Positions 29,465 through 41,236 of a DNA stretch of 64,000 bases are shown here, one piece after another. Under the pieces are notes generated by a model. It ran no database searches. It was not told the origin of the DNA and saw only the letters and a list, made by a program, of their open reading frames with translations. The translations under genes and the position numbers were made by a program. Source of the DNA: Candidatus Eiseniibacteriota bacterium (lineage in GTDB: Bacteria > Eisenbacteria > RBG-16-71-46 > JABDJR01); contig CAWANH010000001.1 in the NCBI GenBank assembly GCA_963783375.1, positions 96,001 to 160,000 on the forward strand, read 5' to 3'. Each line of letters opens with the position of its first letter. Positions within the stretch are counted from its first letter, which is position 1.

Positions 29465-30958
29465 ATGTTCCGCCGGGTGCTGGTGGCCAACCGGGGAGAG
29501 ATCGCGCTTCGCGTGATGCGAACCCTCGAGGAGATGGGGATCGAGTCGGTGGCGGTGGCCTCGGAAGCCGATCGCGACGCCCCCCATGCGCTGGCGGCCA
29601 CGGAAACCCACGTCATCGGCCCCGCCCCCGCCGCCCGCTCCTACCTCTCGATCGACGCCCTGATCGGGGCCGCGCGGAAAGCGGGTTGCGACGCCTTGCA
29701 TCCCGGCTATGGATTCCTCTCCGAGAGCCCCACCCTGGCCGAGGCCTGCGCCGGGGCGGGGATCGCCTTCATCGGGCCGCCCCCCGCGGCCATGCGCGTC
29801 ATGGGCTCGAAGACCGAGAGCCGCGTGGCCATGGAGCGGGCGGGGGTGCCGGTGGTTCCGGGGTTCCAGGAGCCGGGCGCCGACGACCGGGCCCTGGCCG
29901 CGGCGGCGGACCGTCTGGGCTATCCAATCCTGGTCAAGGCCTCGGCGGGGGGGGGCGGAAAGGGGATGCGGACGGTGCGCGAGCCGAAGGAGCTGGCCTC
30001 CGCCCTGGCCATGGCCCGAGGCGAGGCCGGGGCCGCCTTCGGCGACGACCGGGTCTACCTGGAGCGGCTCCTCCTTCGCCCCCGTCACGTGGAGATCCAG
30101 GTGTTCGGCGATCGCGACGGTCGCGTGTTTCACCTCGGCGAGCGCGAGTGCAGCGTGCAGCGCCGGCACCAGAAGATCCTGGAGGAGGCCCCCTCCCCCG
30201 CGATGGATCCGGCCCTCCGGGCGCGCATGGGCGAGGCGGCGGTCGCCGCCGCCCGCGCGGTCGGCTATCGGAACGCGGGCACGGTGGAGTTCCTGCTGGA
30301 CGAGGACGGATCGTTCTACTTCCTGGAAATGAACACCCGGCTCCAGGTCGAGCACCCGGTGACCGAGATGGTGTACGGGGTCGACCTGGTGGCCGCGCAG
30401 GTGCGAACCGCGGCGGGGGACGTCCTCGCCTTCGATCCCGCCGCCCTGGCTCCCCGCGGCCACGCGGTGGAGGCCCGGATCTACGCCGAGGACCCCGCCC
30501 GGGGATTTCTTCCCCAGACCGGGCGGGTGCTCCGGCTCCGCCTCCCCCACCGCCCCGGGGTCCGGGTGGATTCCGGCCTGGCCGGGGGCCGCGAGGTGGG
30601 GGTTCACTACGACCCCCTCCTGGCCAAGGTGATCGCCTGGGGATCCGACCGCGACCGGGCCGTCGACCGGCTCTACGACGCCCTTGGCGAGACGGTGATC
30701 CTCGGCGTCACCACGAACGTGGACTTCCTCATGGACGTCCTCGCCCATCCCGCCTGGAAGGCCGGCCGGCTCCACACCGGTTTCCTGGGAGAGCACCTTC
30801 CGGGGTGGCGGGGCGCGGAGCCGACCCCGCCGGAGGTCGTGGCCCTGGCCGCCGAGGCCTCGGTCATGGGCGCAGGGCGCCGGGGAGACGGCGCCGGCGC
30901 CCCCTCCCCCACCCCCTGGACCACGCTCGGGGGCTGGTCCCCCTGGGGAGGGCGATGA
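29465..30958 (+). CDS. Biotin carboxylase subunit of acyl-CoA carboxylase
   Basis: ANRGEIA, HPGYGFLSE, GGGGKGMR, ERECSVQRRHQK, EMNTRLQVEHPVTE, YDPLLAK. Confidence 0.92.
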   Translation: MFRRVLVANRGEIALRVMRTLEEMGIESVAVASEADRDAPHALAATETHVIGPAPAARSYLSIDALIGAARKAGCDALHPGYGFLSESPTLAEACAGAGIAFIGPPPAAMRVMGSKTESRVAMERAGVPVVPGFQEPGADDRALAAAADRLGYPILVKASAGGGGKGMRTVREPKELASALAMARGEAGAAFGDDRVYLERLLLRPRHVEIQVFGDRDGRVFHLGERECSVQRRHQKILEEAPSPAMDPALRARMGEAAVAAARAVGYRNAGTVEFLLDEDGSFYFLEMNTRLQVEHPVTEMVYGVDLVAAQVRTAAGDVLAFDPAALAPRGHAVEARIYAEDPARGFLPQTGRVLRLRLPHRPGVRVDSGLAGGREVGVHYDPLLAKVIAWGSDRDRAVDRLYDALGETVILGVTTNVDFLMDVLAHPAWKAGRLHTGFLGEHLPGWRGAEPTPPEVVALAAEASVMGAGRRGDGAGAPSPTPWTTLGGWSPWGGR

Positions 30959-30959
30959 C

Positions 30960-31442
30960 GTGGAGGTGAAGCTCAACCGGGAAGGCGAGGTCTTCCGGGC
31001 ACGCCGCGACGCGCCCGGCGAGATCACGGTGCTCGGTCCGGACGAACCTGCGAGGTCGATCACCGTGCTCCGGCTCCCCGACGGGAGCTATGCGGTGGAG
31101 ACCCCGACCGGCCGTCACCACGCCGAAGCGGCCCGGGAAGGCGAGACGATCTGGGTCCGCTGGCGGGGGCGCACCTACTGTTTTCAGATGGACCGCGGGC
31201 GCGGACGGGCCCGGGACTTGGGTGGAGGCCTGGCTTCTCCCATGCCGGGGCAGGTGCAGAAGGTGCTGGTCGCGACGGGAGACGCGGTGGAAACGCACCA
31301 GCCGTTGGTGGTGGTCGAGGCCATGAAGATGCAGCTCGAGATCAAGGCCCCGCGCGCGGGGCGGGTGAAACGGTTGCTCGCCGCCGAGGGGGACCAGGTC
31401 GCGGCGGGAGCGCCCCTGGTGGAGATGGAGGAGACCCCGTGA
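30960..31442 (+). CDS. Biotin carboxyl carrier protein
   Basis: ASPMPG.V, VEAMKMQ biotinylation motif. Confidence 0.85.
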   Translation: MEVKLNREGEVFRARRDAPGEITVLGPDEPARSITVLRLPDGSYAVETPTGRHHAEAAREGETIWVRWRGRTYCFQMDRGRGRARDLGGGLASPMPGQVQKVLVATGDAVETHQPLVVVEAMKMQLEIKAPRAGRVKRLLAAEGDQVAAGAPLVEMEETP

Positions 31443-31452
31443 ACCCCTCGTC

Positions 31453-32387
31453 GTGGCCGGTCGTCGCCCCCCCCCCGGCGGGCTCCCCGAACGCGCGGTC
31501 ATCGTGGAGGTGGGGCCGCGCGACGGACTCCAGAGCCAGGGCACGGTGATCGCGGTGGAGCGGAAGGTGGAGTTCGTGAACCGCCTCGGCCGAACCGGGC
31601 TGCCGGTGATCGAGGCGGGAGCGTTCGTGAGCCCGGAGTGGGTTCCGCAGATGGCCGACTCCGAGGAGGTGCTTCGCCGGATCGAGAGGCGGGAGGGCGT
31701 GCGCTACCCGGTCCTGGTCCCCGATCTCCGGGATTGGAGCGGGCGCTGGCCGCGGGGGCGCGGGAGATCGCCGTATTCACCGCCGCTTCGGAGACCTTCA
31801 ACCGGCGGAACACCAACGCGGGGATCGTCGAGTCCATCGATCGCTTCCGGCCGGTCGCCGGGCGAGCCCGCGCCGGCGGACTGCGGGTGCGGGGCTACGT
31901 CTCCACCTGTTTCGGCTGCCCCTACGAGGGACCGGTGAACCCGGAGAAGGTGGTCGAGGTCGTCGACCGCCTCGACGGGATCGGGGTGGAGGAGTTCTCG
32001 ATCGGGGACACCATCGGGGTCGCCCATCCCGGCCAGATCGAGGCGGTGTTCGGGCGGCTGCTCGATGACCTTCCCCCCGAACGGCTGGCCCTGCACGCCC
32101 ACGACACCCGGGGCGCCGCGCTGGCCAACTGCGTTCGCGCCCTCACCCTGGGCATCACCACCTTCGACACGTCGGCGGGAGGGGTGGGCGGCTGCCCGTT
32201 CGCCCCGGGCGCGGCCGGAAACCTCGCCACCGAGGACCTGGTCTACCTCCTCCACGGCCTGGGAGTGGCCACCGGCGTGGATCTCGCCGCCCTGGTCGAG
32301 GCGTCCGCCTACCTGGAGGACGCGCTGGGGACCGCGCTGCCCGGCCGGGCCTACCAGGCCTTCCGGCGCGCCGCCGCCGCGTCCTGA
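31453..32387 (+). CDS. liuE: Hydroxymethylglutaryl-CoA lyase; frameshift near 31725
   Basis: EVGPRDGLQ, FVSPEWVPQMAD; then FGCPYEG, GDTIG, HAHDTRG, GGCPFAPGAAGNLATED. Confidence 0.88.
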
Positions 32388-32444
32388 CCGGAGCCGGCGT
32401 CGCAGGAGCGCGGCCCGCGGGCGCCGGGGCCTCGGCGGCCTTGA

Positions 32445-35085
32445 TCACCGGAGTCGCACCAGCCTCCGCGCCGCCGTCCCCCGGGGCGTGGCCAACCGGT
32501 AGAAATAGATCCCGGCGGGAACCTGCCGTCCCTCGTCGTCCCGTCCGTCCCAGGTGATCCGGGACTCCCCCGGGGAGGGGGCGCCGTCGAGAAGCGTCCG
32601 CACCACCCTGCCCCGGACATCGAGGATCCGCAGGGTGACCGGCTCGGAGACTCCGGTTCGCAGCGAGATGACGGTGGTCTCCCGGAACGGGTTCGGCCGG
32701 CTCCGGGCCAGCTCCGCCGACGACGGCGCGATCCCGGCCACCTCCCGGGGACCGAGCCAGGAGACTCCCCCCGAGCGATCCAATTCGGTCAGCCAATAGC
32801 GGGCGCGACGGCCGGACGGCCGCAGATCGACAAAGTGATAGGACCGGAGACCGGAAAGGATGGCCGGGGTGAGCCGCTCGCGCTCCCCTCCGCGACCTCG
32901 CGATAGACGTGGAAACCGGCGTGACCGCCCCACGCCGCCCCGGTCTCCCAGTCCAGGGCGACCGCCTCCCCCTCCCACCGGGCGGAGAAGGAAAGGAGGC
33001 GCACCGGAACCATACCTCCCCCCGTCCAGCGTCCGAACCGAGAGGCGCTCACCCCCTCCACTTCGTCGAAGTCCCCCCCGACGTACAGGTCCCGGTCCGC
33101 GCCGGCCAACGCGAGCACGGTCCCGTCGACTCCCGACCCGAAGTGCGCCACTCCGACCCGTCCCAGAGCGCGAGCCCGTTCGCGGCGCGTTCAGCCCCCG
33201 GGTGAACGACCCCCCGATCACGAGGCTGTCGCCGTACGCGGCGATCGCCTCGACCGGGAGCACGTCGGCGCCGGCGGGGACGAGGCCGGACCAGGAGTCG
33301 CCGTCCCAGCGGGCGATCCCCGAGCTCCGATCGATCCGGAGCCGGTGAACTTCCCCCGCGTAGAGTTCGTCCCCCAGGGAAGGAGCCCGGTCACATCGGC
33401 ATCGAGCCCGCCCGAAAGGGGCCGCCAGGTCGACCCGTCCCAGGACGCCACGTTCCTGGCCGACACCCCGCCGATCCCGTCGAACCGCCCTCCGACCACC
33501 AGGTCTCCGTTGAACTCGACGACGGCATCGACATAGAAGGGGGTGTTCACCGCGCTCCCGAGGCTCGACCAGGAAAGCCGTCCCAGCTCGCGATCTTGCT
33601 GGCCGCGGCCTCTCCCGCCTGATTGAAGGATCCGCCGGCGTAGAGCAGACCGTCGCTACCCGCCAGAAGGGCCCGGCACGGACCGTCCGGCCGCCGCCCA
33701 AGGGCACCCATTAGGCGCCGTCCCAGCGGGCCACGTTCCGGGCCTGGCTCGACCCCGAGAACTCGAACTCGCCCCCCGCGTAGACCACCCCGCCGGATAC
33801 CGCCAGGGCGAAGACCGTCCCCCCGAGCCCTTCCCCCATCGCATGCCAGGACGCTCCGTCCCAGAAGGCCACACGCCGGGCCGCGATCCCGGCCACCAAA
33901 CCGAAGTCGCCGCCGATATAGGCTCCCCCGGGTACCGCCACCATCGCCCGCACCATCCCCGCGACCCCCGTCCGAGCACTCCCCACTCGAGCCCGCTCCA
34001 TTCCGCGACCCCATGCACGAAGCGCGGACCCGCCTGGGTGATCTCCCCCCCCACCACCACCCGTCCCTCGCCGTTCGAGGCCGCCGCGAACACCGAACCG
34101 GAGACCCCATCCCCGAGGGATTCCCAACCCGATCCGTTCCAGACGGCGAAGTACGCGCTCCCCGGCGCGGGGAGGTGTAGAAATCGCCGCCGACGTAGAG
34201 CCGGTCTCCGGCGGCGAGCAGGCAGTGAACGGGCCGGTCCGGCCCGGATCGATCCCCACCCAGGCCCCGTCGCGGTAGCGTGCGAAGTAGAATTGATTTC
34301 TCCCCCGGTCTCGATGAAAAAACCGCCCGCGTAGAGATCGCCCCGATACAGGGCCAGCGCCCGGACGGAGGCGTCGACGCCCCCTCCACCTCGGTCCAGC
34401 CCGCACCGTCCCAGCGGGCGAGACGACGCAGGGGGGCGCCTCCCGCGGTGGTGAAATCACCCCCGCGTACAGGGTGTCCCCCACGGCGGCGAGCGCGTAG
34501 ACCGAGAAGTTGTCGCCGGGGTCGCCGAACCCCAAGCCCAGGGCGCTCCACTCGCCCCCGTCCCACCGCGCCACCCGCATCACCGGGATCCCGTTCCCGA
34601 CCGACCGGAAGCGCCGCCCACGTAGAGCGCCCCTCCGGCGGGGGCCACGGCGTAGACCTCGTCCCCGGTGCCCTCACCGATCTCCCGCCAGGCGCCCGTC
34701 CCAGGCGGCCAGGTTGTGGATCTCCTTCCCTCCGGCATGGGTGAAGAACCCGCCGACCACCAAGCTGTCCCCGGACACCGCCAGCACGTCGACGGTCGGA
34801 ATCACCGTCCCCCCCGCGGTGAGACCGCCGCCCACCGCCGCCCACTTCCGGCCGTCCCAACGGGCGAGCCCGGAAGCGGGGTCCCCCGACCTCGGTAAAC
34901 CGGCCCCCGATATAGAGATCCCCCTGGTAGTAGGCGACCGCCAGCACGGGGCCGTCGGTCCCCGGGAAGCCGAAGCGATCGTCCCAGGAAGCGGTCTGGG
35001 CCGCGAGAGGAACCGAGGACGACAGGAGCCCGACGAGAATCAGAGCGATGCCGCCGATCCGGGGCGGTACAGGAATGGGATGCAT
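32445..35085 (-). CDS. Large secreted beta-propeller-like repeat protein with FlgD-Ig/T9SS-like tail; many frameshifts
   Basis: Signal peptide (IALILVGLLSSSVPLAAQ); repeated V.AL....LYxGGxF..xG....(V/I)AxWDG..W units across several frames; tail PNPFRETT...LDVRGRVVRTL...WDGRDDEGR.VPAGIYFYRL...RLVRLR. Confidence 0.7.
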
Positions 35086-35656
35086 GAAAGGGGTCCTCAC
35101 CGGCAAGCCCCGGCCGTGGGAACGCAACCCCGGCGTCCCCGCGGTCCAGGGGCCTTGGGCCGGCCGGACGGGCGGGGCTCTGGGGGGCGCGTTTTCGAGA
35201 GGGGTGCACATAGTCTAGCAGGCCCCGGGGGTCCGCGCCGGGATGTCGGGCTCCCGGGGAACGGCGCGGGGTCGGGCCGGGGGGGAGAACGGCTTCCGCC
35301 CGGCCGCCGCGGTCGTCCCGCGGCGGCGGCGAAACAACCCGTTTCACCGGAAGGGGGCGCTGGACGGGATTCCGGTCCCGCCCGATTCGTGGCCGCCACC
35401 CCACCGAGGCTCCGGCCGCCGTCGCCCTCCCCCATCCCCCACTGGCCAATGCTTTGAAACCACGCGAGTTCGGGCAGTCATAGATCACGTTTATCCTGAG
35501 AATGGATGGTAACAGGACGTTCCAACGTCGATACACTCCAGGCGGAACGGGAATTCATGCTTTGGTCCGCGGCGGACCGTGGGCGCGGAGGGTAACGCCA
35601 CGGCCGCCTCGATTCGCGGACGGCGAAGCGAACCGAAGCGACAAGGAGATGATGGG

Positions 35657-37635
35657 ATGAGGAACTTCAGGCGGTGGACCTGGATCGCGGCCGCGATCTT
35701 CGTGGGGGTTGCGGTCTTCGGAGCGACGACGGGGTCGTTCTCGAGCGCGGCGGAGATCACCAACGAAGACTGCGCCATGTGCCACAACGGCGACGATCCC
35801 GCCGTCCCCAAGGTGACGGCGGAGATGCTGGGGAAGTCCTCCCACGCGACCTTCGCCTGCGTCGATTGCCACGCCGACATCGAAGAGATCCCCCATCCCG
35901 ACACCCTGGCCAAGGTGGATTGCCGGACCTGCCACAGCGAAGAGTCCGACATGTACACCCGGCACGGGCGGGGCGTGGTCGGGGTGACCGAAGACATTCC
36001 GGATTGCGCCGACTGCCACGGTTCCCACGGGATCCTCCCCTCGAGCCAGCGGGACTCCTCGACCAATCCCACCCACCTCTCCTCCACCTGCGGCAGGTGC
36101 CACCAGGACCTCGACCTCGCCAAGAAGCACGACATCATGCTCAAGAGGCCGGTCGAGGTCTACGAGTCCAGCGTGCACGGAAAGGCGGCGCTGGGCGGGG
36201 TCTACGTGGCCGCCACCTGCACCGACTGCCACTCCACCGAGGGCACCGCGCACCAGATCCTCGGCCCCGGGGACTCCCGGTCCAGCATCAATCATTTCAA
36301 CATCCCCAACACCTGCGGCCAGTGCCATCGCGGGATCGAGCAGGACTACTGGGAGGGGATTCACGGCCAGCTCACCGCCCGGGGCGAGACCGACACCCCG
36401 GTGTGCACCGATTGCCACGGCGAGCACGGGATCCTGCCTCCCACCGACCCGCGCTCCAACGTGAGCCCGACCCAGGTGGCCGAAGCCACCTGCGCTCCCT
36501 GCCACGAATCGGCCCGGCTCAACGAGAAGTACGGAATCCCCGCCGGTCGGTTGGCCACGTTCATCGACTCCTTCCACGGACTCAAGAGCCGGGCCGGCGA
36601 CATCACGGTGGCCAACTGCGCGAGCTGCCACGGGGCGCACCGCATCCTGCCCAGCAGCGACCCCACCTCTTCCATCAATCCCGCCAACCTACAGAAGACC
36701 TGTGGTTAGTGCCACCCGGCGATCAGCACCCAGATCGCCCAGACCAAGATTCACGTCAGCAACGCGGGGATGCGGACGGGCTGGGCGGAATTCTTCACCA
36801 AGCTCTACCTGGTGCTCATCGTCCTGATCATCGGCGGACCTGGTCGCCTACGTCATCCTGGACATCCGAAAGAGAACGGGAGATGCTGTCCAAGCCGATG
36901 GCGAGGCGAATGGACGCCAACGCCATCTTCCAGCACAGCCTCCTCACCGTGTCCTTCATCGTTCTGGTGATCACCGGCTTTGCCCTGCGCTACTCCGAGG
37001 GATGGGTCTTCCGGAGCCTGTTCGGTTGGGACGGCGGGTTCCGGGTCCGGGGCCTCATCCATCGCACCGCCGCCGTGGTGCTCATCTTCTCCTCGGTCTG
37101 GCATCTCCTCTATCTCCGGACCAGGAACGGCGCCCGCTTCGGCAAGGGCATGCTCCCCTCGATGAAGGACGTCTTCGAGTTCCTCCACATGGTCTTCTTC
37201 AACCTGGGGAGGCGCAAGTCCCCCCCTCGCTTCGGACGGTTCAGCTTCATCGAGAAGGCGGAATACTGGGCCCTGGTCTGGGGCACGGTGGTCATGACCC
37301 TGACCGGCCTCTCCCTCTGGTTCGACAACGCCGCGGTGAAGATCCTCCACAAGGGTTTCCTGGACGTCATGTTGGTGATCCACTTCTACGAGGCCGTCCT
37401 GGCCACCCTGGCCATCGCCATCTGGCACTTCTACTTCACGGTGTTCCGGCCGGGGGTCTATCCGGGGAACCCCGCGTGGGTCACCGGGAAGATGCCGGCC
37501 GAGCTCTACGAAGAGGAGCACCCGGCGGACATGCCCACCGAGGCGGACATCATCTACGAGGGCGACGACGAGGGACGCCGGCGGCCTCACAAGACCGAGG
37601 AGAAGTCACGGGGCGTCTCCGACCGGGATTCCTAG
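35657..37635 (+). CDS. Multiheme cytochrome c (11 CxxCH including one broken by TAG) fused to a cytochrome b membrane domain (CbcL-like)
   Basis: Signal peptide; 10 intact CxxCH plus C-G-stop-C-H at 36701-36715; frameshifts near 36840-36880; FQH, IHR.AA, FGRFSFIEKAEYWALVWG, IHFYEAVLA.LAI.IWHFY, EEHP. Confidence 0.85.
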
Positions 37636-37917
37636 GCCGGATCATCATCCGGGCCGCATCGCGAGGTGGAGCGTAACCACGTCGGAGCGGACGCCGCCCG
37701 CCCGGCCACCGCGGGTTTCGTGGTTGCCCCGGGCCGTATTGGCTGCTAGCTTTGAGTTTGTCTTCGATCCGGCATTGTGCTGGCCAAGTCGATTGATCCT
37801 CCCTGGAATCCGGTTCAGGCGGTACGAGGCCGCCAACGCTCGTTTCGTTCGCGTTCCGAGCGTAATCGCATCCCGGGCACGTCGCCTTCGCGGTAACCGG
37901 AACACATGGAGTTCAGA

Positions 37918-39725
37918 ATGACTGGCTCGACCTTGCGAAGCGCACACACCTTCCATGTCCCGGTGATGGGCACCGGGTTCACCGTCGACACCCCCCTGCG
38001 GGTGGCGAAGTACGGCATTTCATCCGTGATCTCGCTCATGGACGACACCCTCGTCGAGAAGATGCGGATGTTCCACTGCGACGGACAGGATGAACCCTAC
38101 GAGGAAATCTCCGACCGGGACGAGGATGCGCGGGCCAGGAGGATTACCGCCTACCTGAACCTCATCGACCGCCTGGTCAGGCGCCAGAGAAGGCTCTCCA
38201 GAGCTCTCCCTTCGAGGAAGGCACGGAGATCACCCGCTACTTCGAGTTGCTGCCGGAAACCCCTCTCAAGCGGGCCTACCGCGACATGTTGACCGCCGAC
38301 GATCCGGTCGAAAAAGCCCGGATGCAGGATGAGCTTCGGCGTCGCGCGGTGCCCGGCAGTATCGACGTGAACATCATGGCCAGGATCGACGGCGACCAGT
38401 ACCGCCACGGCCGGACGCTCCCGCCCGACTCGGACGCCGCGGTTTCGGCGTTGCGCGGCTTCGCCAAGAGCACCCTGAGATCCTCGATCATCTTCTCGGC
38501 GGGCATGAACCCCCGCCTCTACAGCTATCTCTGCCGGTTCGCCGACTTCTTCCCGGACGAGACGGCAACCTCCGGCGAAAGAGGATCGTGCTCAAGGTCA
38601 GCGACTTCCACTCCGCCGCCGTTCAGGGCAAGTTCCTGGCCAAGCGGGGCCTTTGGGTCTCGGAATTCCGCATCGAGTCGGGCCTGAACTGCGGGGGCCA
38701 TGCCTTCGCCACGAAGGGCCAGCTGCTGGGGCCGATCCTGGAGGAGTTCCAGCAGAAGAGGCCGAACTGCTCGAGACGCTCCGTGAGATCTATGTCCAGG
38801 CGCTCGAAGCGGCCGGCCATGTCGGCAGCCCCCGCCGCAGCCTGAGACCCGCCCGCATCACCGTCCAGGGTGGCATCGGCACGGCCCGCGAGCAGGAAAG
38901 CCTTCTACAGATTTACTACGAGCTGGATGGCACGGGCTGGGCCACGCCTTTCCTGCTGGTGCCCGAGGTGACCAACGTCGACGATGACCACTTGGCCAAG
39001 CTGGCCGCGGCCACCGAAAACGAGGTCTTTGCTGAGCGACAGTTTGTTCACCATGGGCATCCCCTTCTGGAACCTGCGCACGACGACCAGCGAAGAGCGC
39101 CGCCGGCGCCGCGTCCGGGAGGGTCGTCCGGGGAGCCCCTGTCTGATGGGCTTTCTCGTGTCCAACACCGAATTCACCGACGTTCCGATCTGTCCCGCCT
39201 CGCACAACTACCAGAGACGGAAGATCAAACAGCTTCGCGCCGCGAACCTTCCGGCCGACCGGTTGGCCGGCGATGCTGGAAGGCGTGCTCGCCAAGTCCT
39301 GCCTCTGCCGGGACCTTGCCGGCGGGGCCATGGTCAAGCACGGCATCGATCCGGACGCCACCCCCGCCATGTGTTGCGGCCCGGGCATCGTGAACCTGTC
39401 CAAGGTGGCCACCCTGCAGGAGATGGTCGATCACATCTACGGGCGGAAGTCCCTCAACATCCCGGCCGACCGCCCGCACATGTTCATCCGGGAACTCGGA
39501 CTCTACGTCGACCACTTCCGGAGGGAGATCGACAGGTGCTCGCTGGGGCCCTCCGACCGCGCGATGGAGGATCTCCGGGAGTTCAGGGACAACCTGCTCA
39601 GGGGGATCGAGTACTATCGCCGCCTGACCGACGGGTTCATCGAGGAGGGGCGGAAGCGGTTTCTGGACGACCTGGCCAAGCTTCGCCACACCGTCGAGCT
39701 GCGTCTGCCCCTGACATCGCCATAG
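37918..39725 (+). CDS. Conserved hypothetical protein, probable FMN TIM-barrel/Fe-S oxidoreductase; multiple frameshifts
   Basis: HTFHVPVMGTGFTVDTP, FSAGMNP, ESGLNCGGHAF, ITVQGGIGT, GWATPFLLV, and a Cys-rich C-terminal half (SPC, PICPAS, CLC, MCCGP) stitched from six ORF fragments. Confidence 0.65.
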
Positions 39726-39833
39726 CCGGATCGGTCCGACTTCGGAAGCCGGCGGCCGCTCGGGGACGCCGCCCCGCCGACCCCGGTCCGGTCTTCACCG
39801 GGGAACGCGCCACGCTCCGCCGCCCCGCGGGAA

Positions 39834-41133
39834 TCAGGCCGCCTGCTCCGACCGCCTCGGCCAGGATCGCCAGTCCCCGCTCCAGCTCCGGATCGGTGAT
39901 CACCAACGGCATCAGGGTGCGGATCACGTTTCCGCTCGCCGACATGACGAGGAGGCCGCGCTCCCGGGCCCCATCCAGGATCCTCGCCGTCCTTCCGGGA
40001 TCGGGAGAACCGCTCCCGGGGTCCACGATCTCCAGGGCGCACATCGCCCCCAGCCCGCGGGCGTCGGCCACGTGGGGCAGCGATTCCCGGAGCCCCTCGA
40101 ACCGCGCCATGACCCGGTCCCCGATCGACCTCGCCCGTTCCGGGAGCTTTTCCTCCTCCAGCACGTCCAGCACCGCGTTCCCGGCCGCAGCGCAGGCGAG
40201 GGGATCTGCCGCCGAAGGTGCCGCCGATGCCGCCGACCTGGGGAGCGTCTGAGATCACCGGCGCGGCCGCTCACGGCGCTGAGCGGGAGACCACCGCCCA
40301 GGGACTTGGCGGTGAGCACCAGATCCGGCGCCACCCCGTAGCGCTCGATGGCGAACATGGCCCCGGCCCGCCCCAGGCCGGCCTGGACCTCGTCGGCGAC
40401 GAAGAGGATGCCGTGCTCGCGCAACGGGCACGGAGGCGGCCAGGGCGGCGGGATCGGGGAAGAAGCCGCCCTCGCCCAGCACCGGCTCCAGGATGAGCAG
40501 CGCCACCGACTCCGGCTCCACGTGGTAGTCGAAAGCCGATCCAGGGCGGCCTCCCCCCCGCCCGCACCGGTCCACCGGGGCCTGCCGGCCGGGGGCGAAG
40601 AAGGGCAGATGGGGGAGGCGGTAGACCTCCGGCGCGAACGGGCCGAAGCCAGCCGTGTACGGCCGCACCTTGCCGGTCATGGTCATGGCCAGCAGCGTGC
40701 GGCCGTGGAAGCCGCGCTCGAAGCAGACCACCGCCTTCCGCCCGGTGAAGACCCGGGCGATCTTGACCGCGTTCTCCCCGGCCTCGGCCCCGCTGTTGAA
40801 GAACGCCGTCTTCCGCGCGCCGGTCATGGGCGCCAGGGCGTTCAGCCGCTCGGCCAGACGCACGTACTCCTCGTACATGGCCACGTGCCAGCAGGTGTGC
40901 AGGAACCGCTCGCTCTGGGCACGGATCGCCTCCACGACGCGGGGGTGGTTGTGCCCCACGTTCATGGCCCCGATCCCGCCGGCGAAGTCCAGGTACTCCC
41001 GGCCGTCCACGTCCCAGAGCCGGGCCCCCCGGGCCCGGTCGACGAAGACGGGGAAGGCGTTGAACGGGCCCCGGGGAACGGCGGCGGCCCGGCGCTCCAG
41101 GAGTTGACGACTGACGGAGGTCGGCGTGCTCAT
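39834..41133 (-). CDS. gabT: 4-aminobutyrate aminotransferase-like; frameshifted, 3' end approximate
   Basis: [81 protein letters not shown]. Confidence 0.8.
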
Positions 41134-41236
41134 GACGGTGTCCTTTCCGGTCGGGGCCTCGGATGCGCGGCCACCGAGGCCGGGGCGCGATGCGGGGGGC
41201 GGATCGGCGCGGCGAGGCCCGGCGGTTCACGGAACT

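Noticed and set aside
32445-35085. CRISPR array or DNA tandem repeat
   Set aside because: Recurring GTCCCA/CCGCC words reflect protein-level WDG/GG repeats; there are no identical spaced nucleotide repeats and no cas genes.
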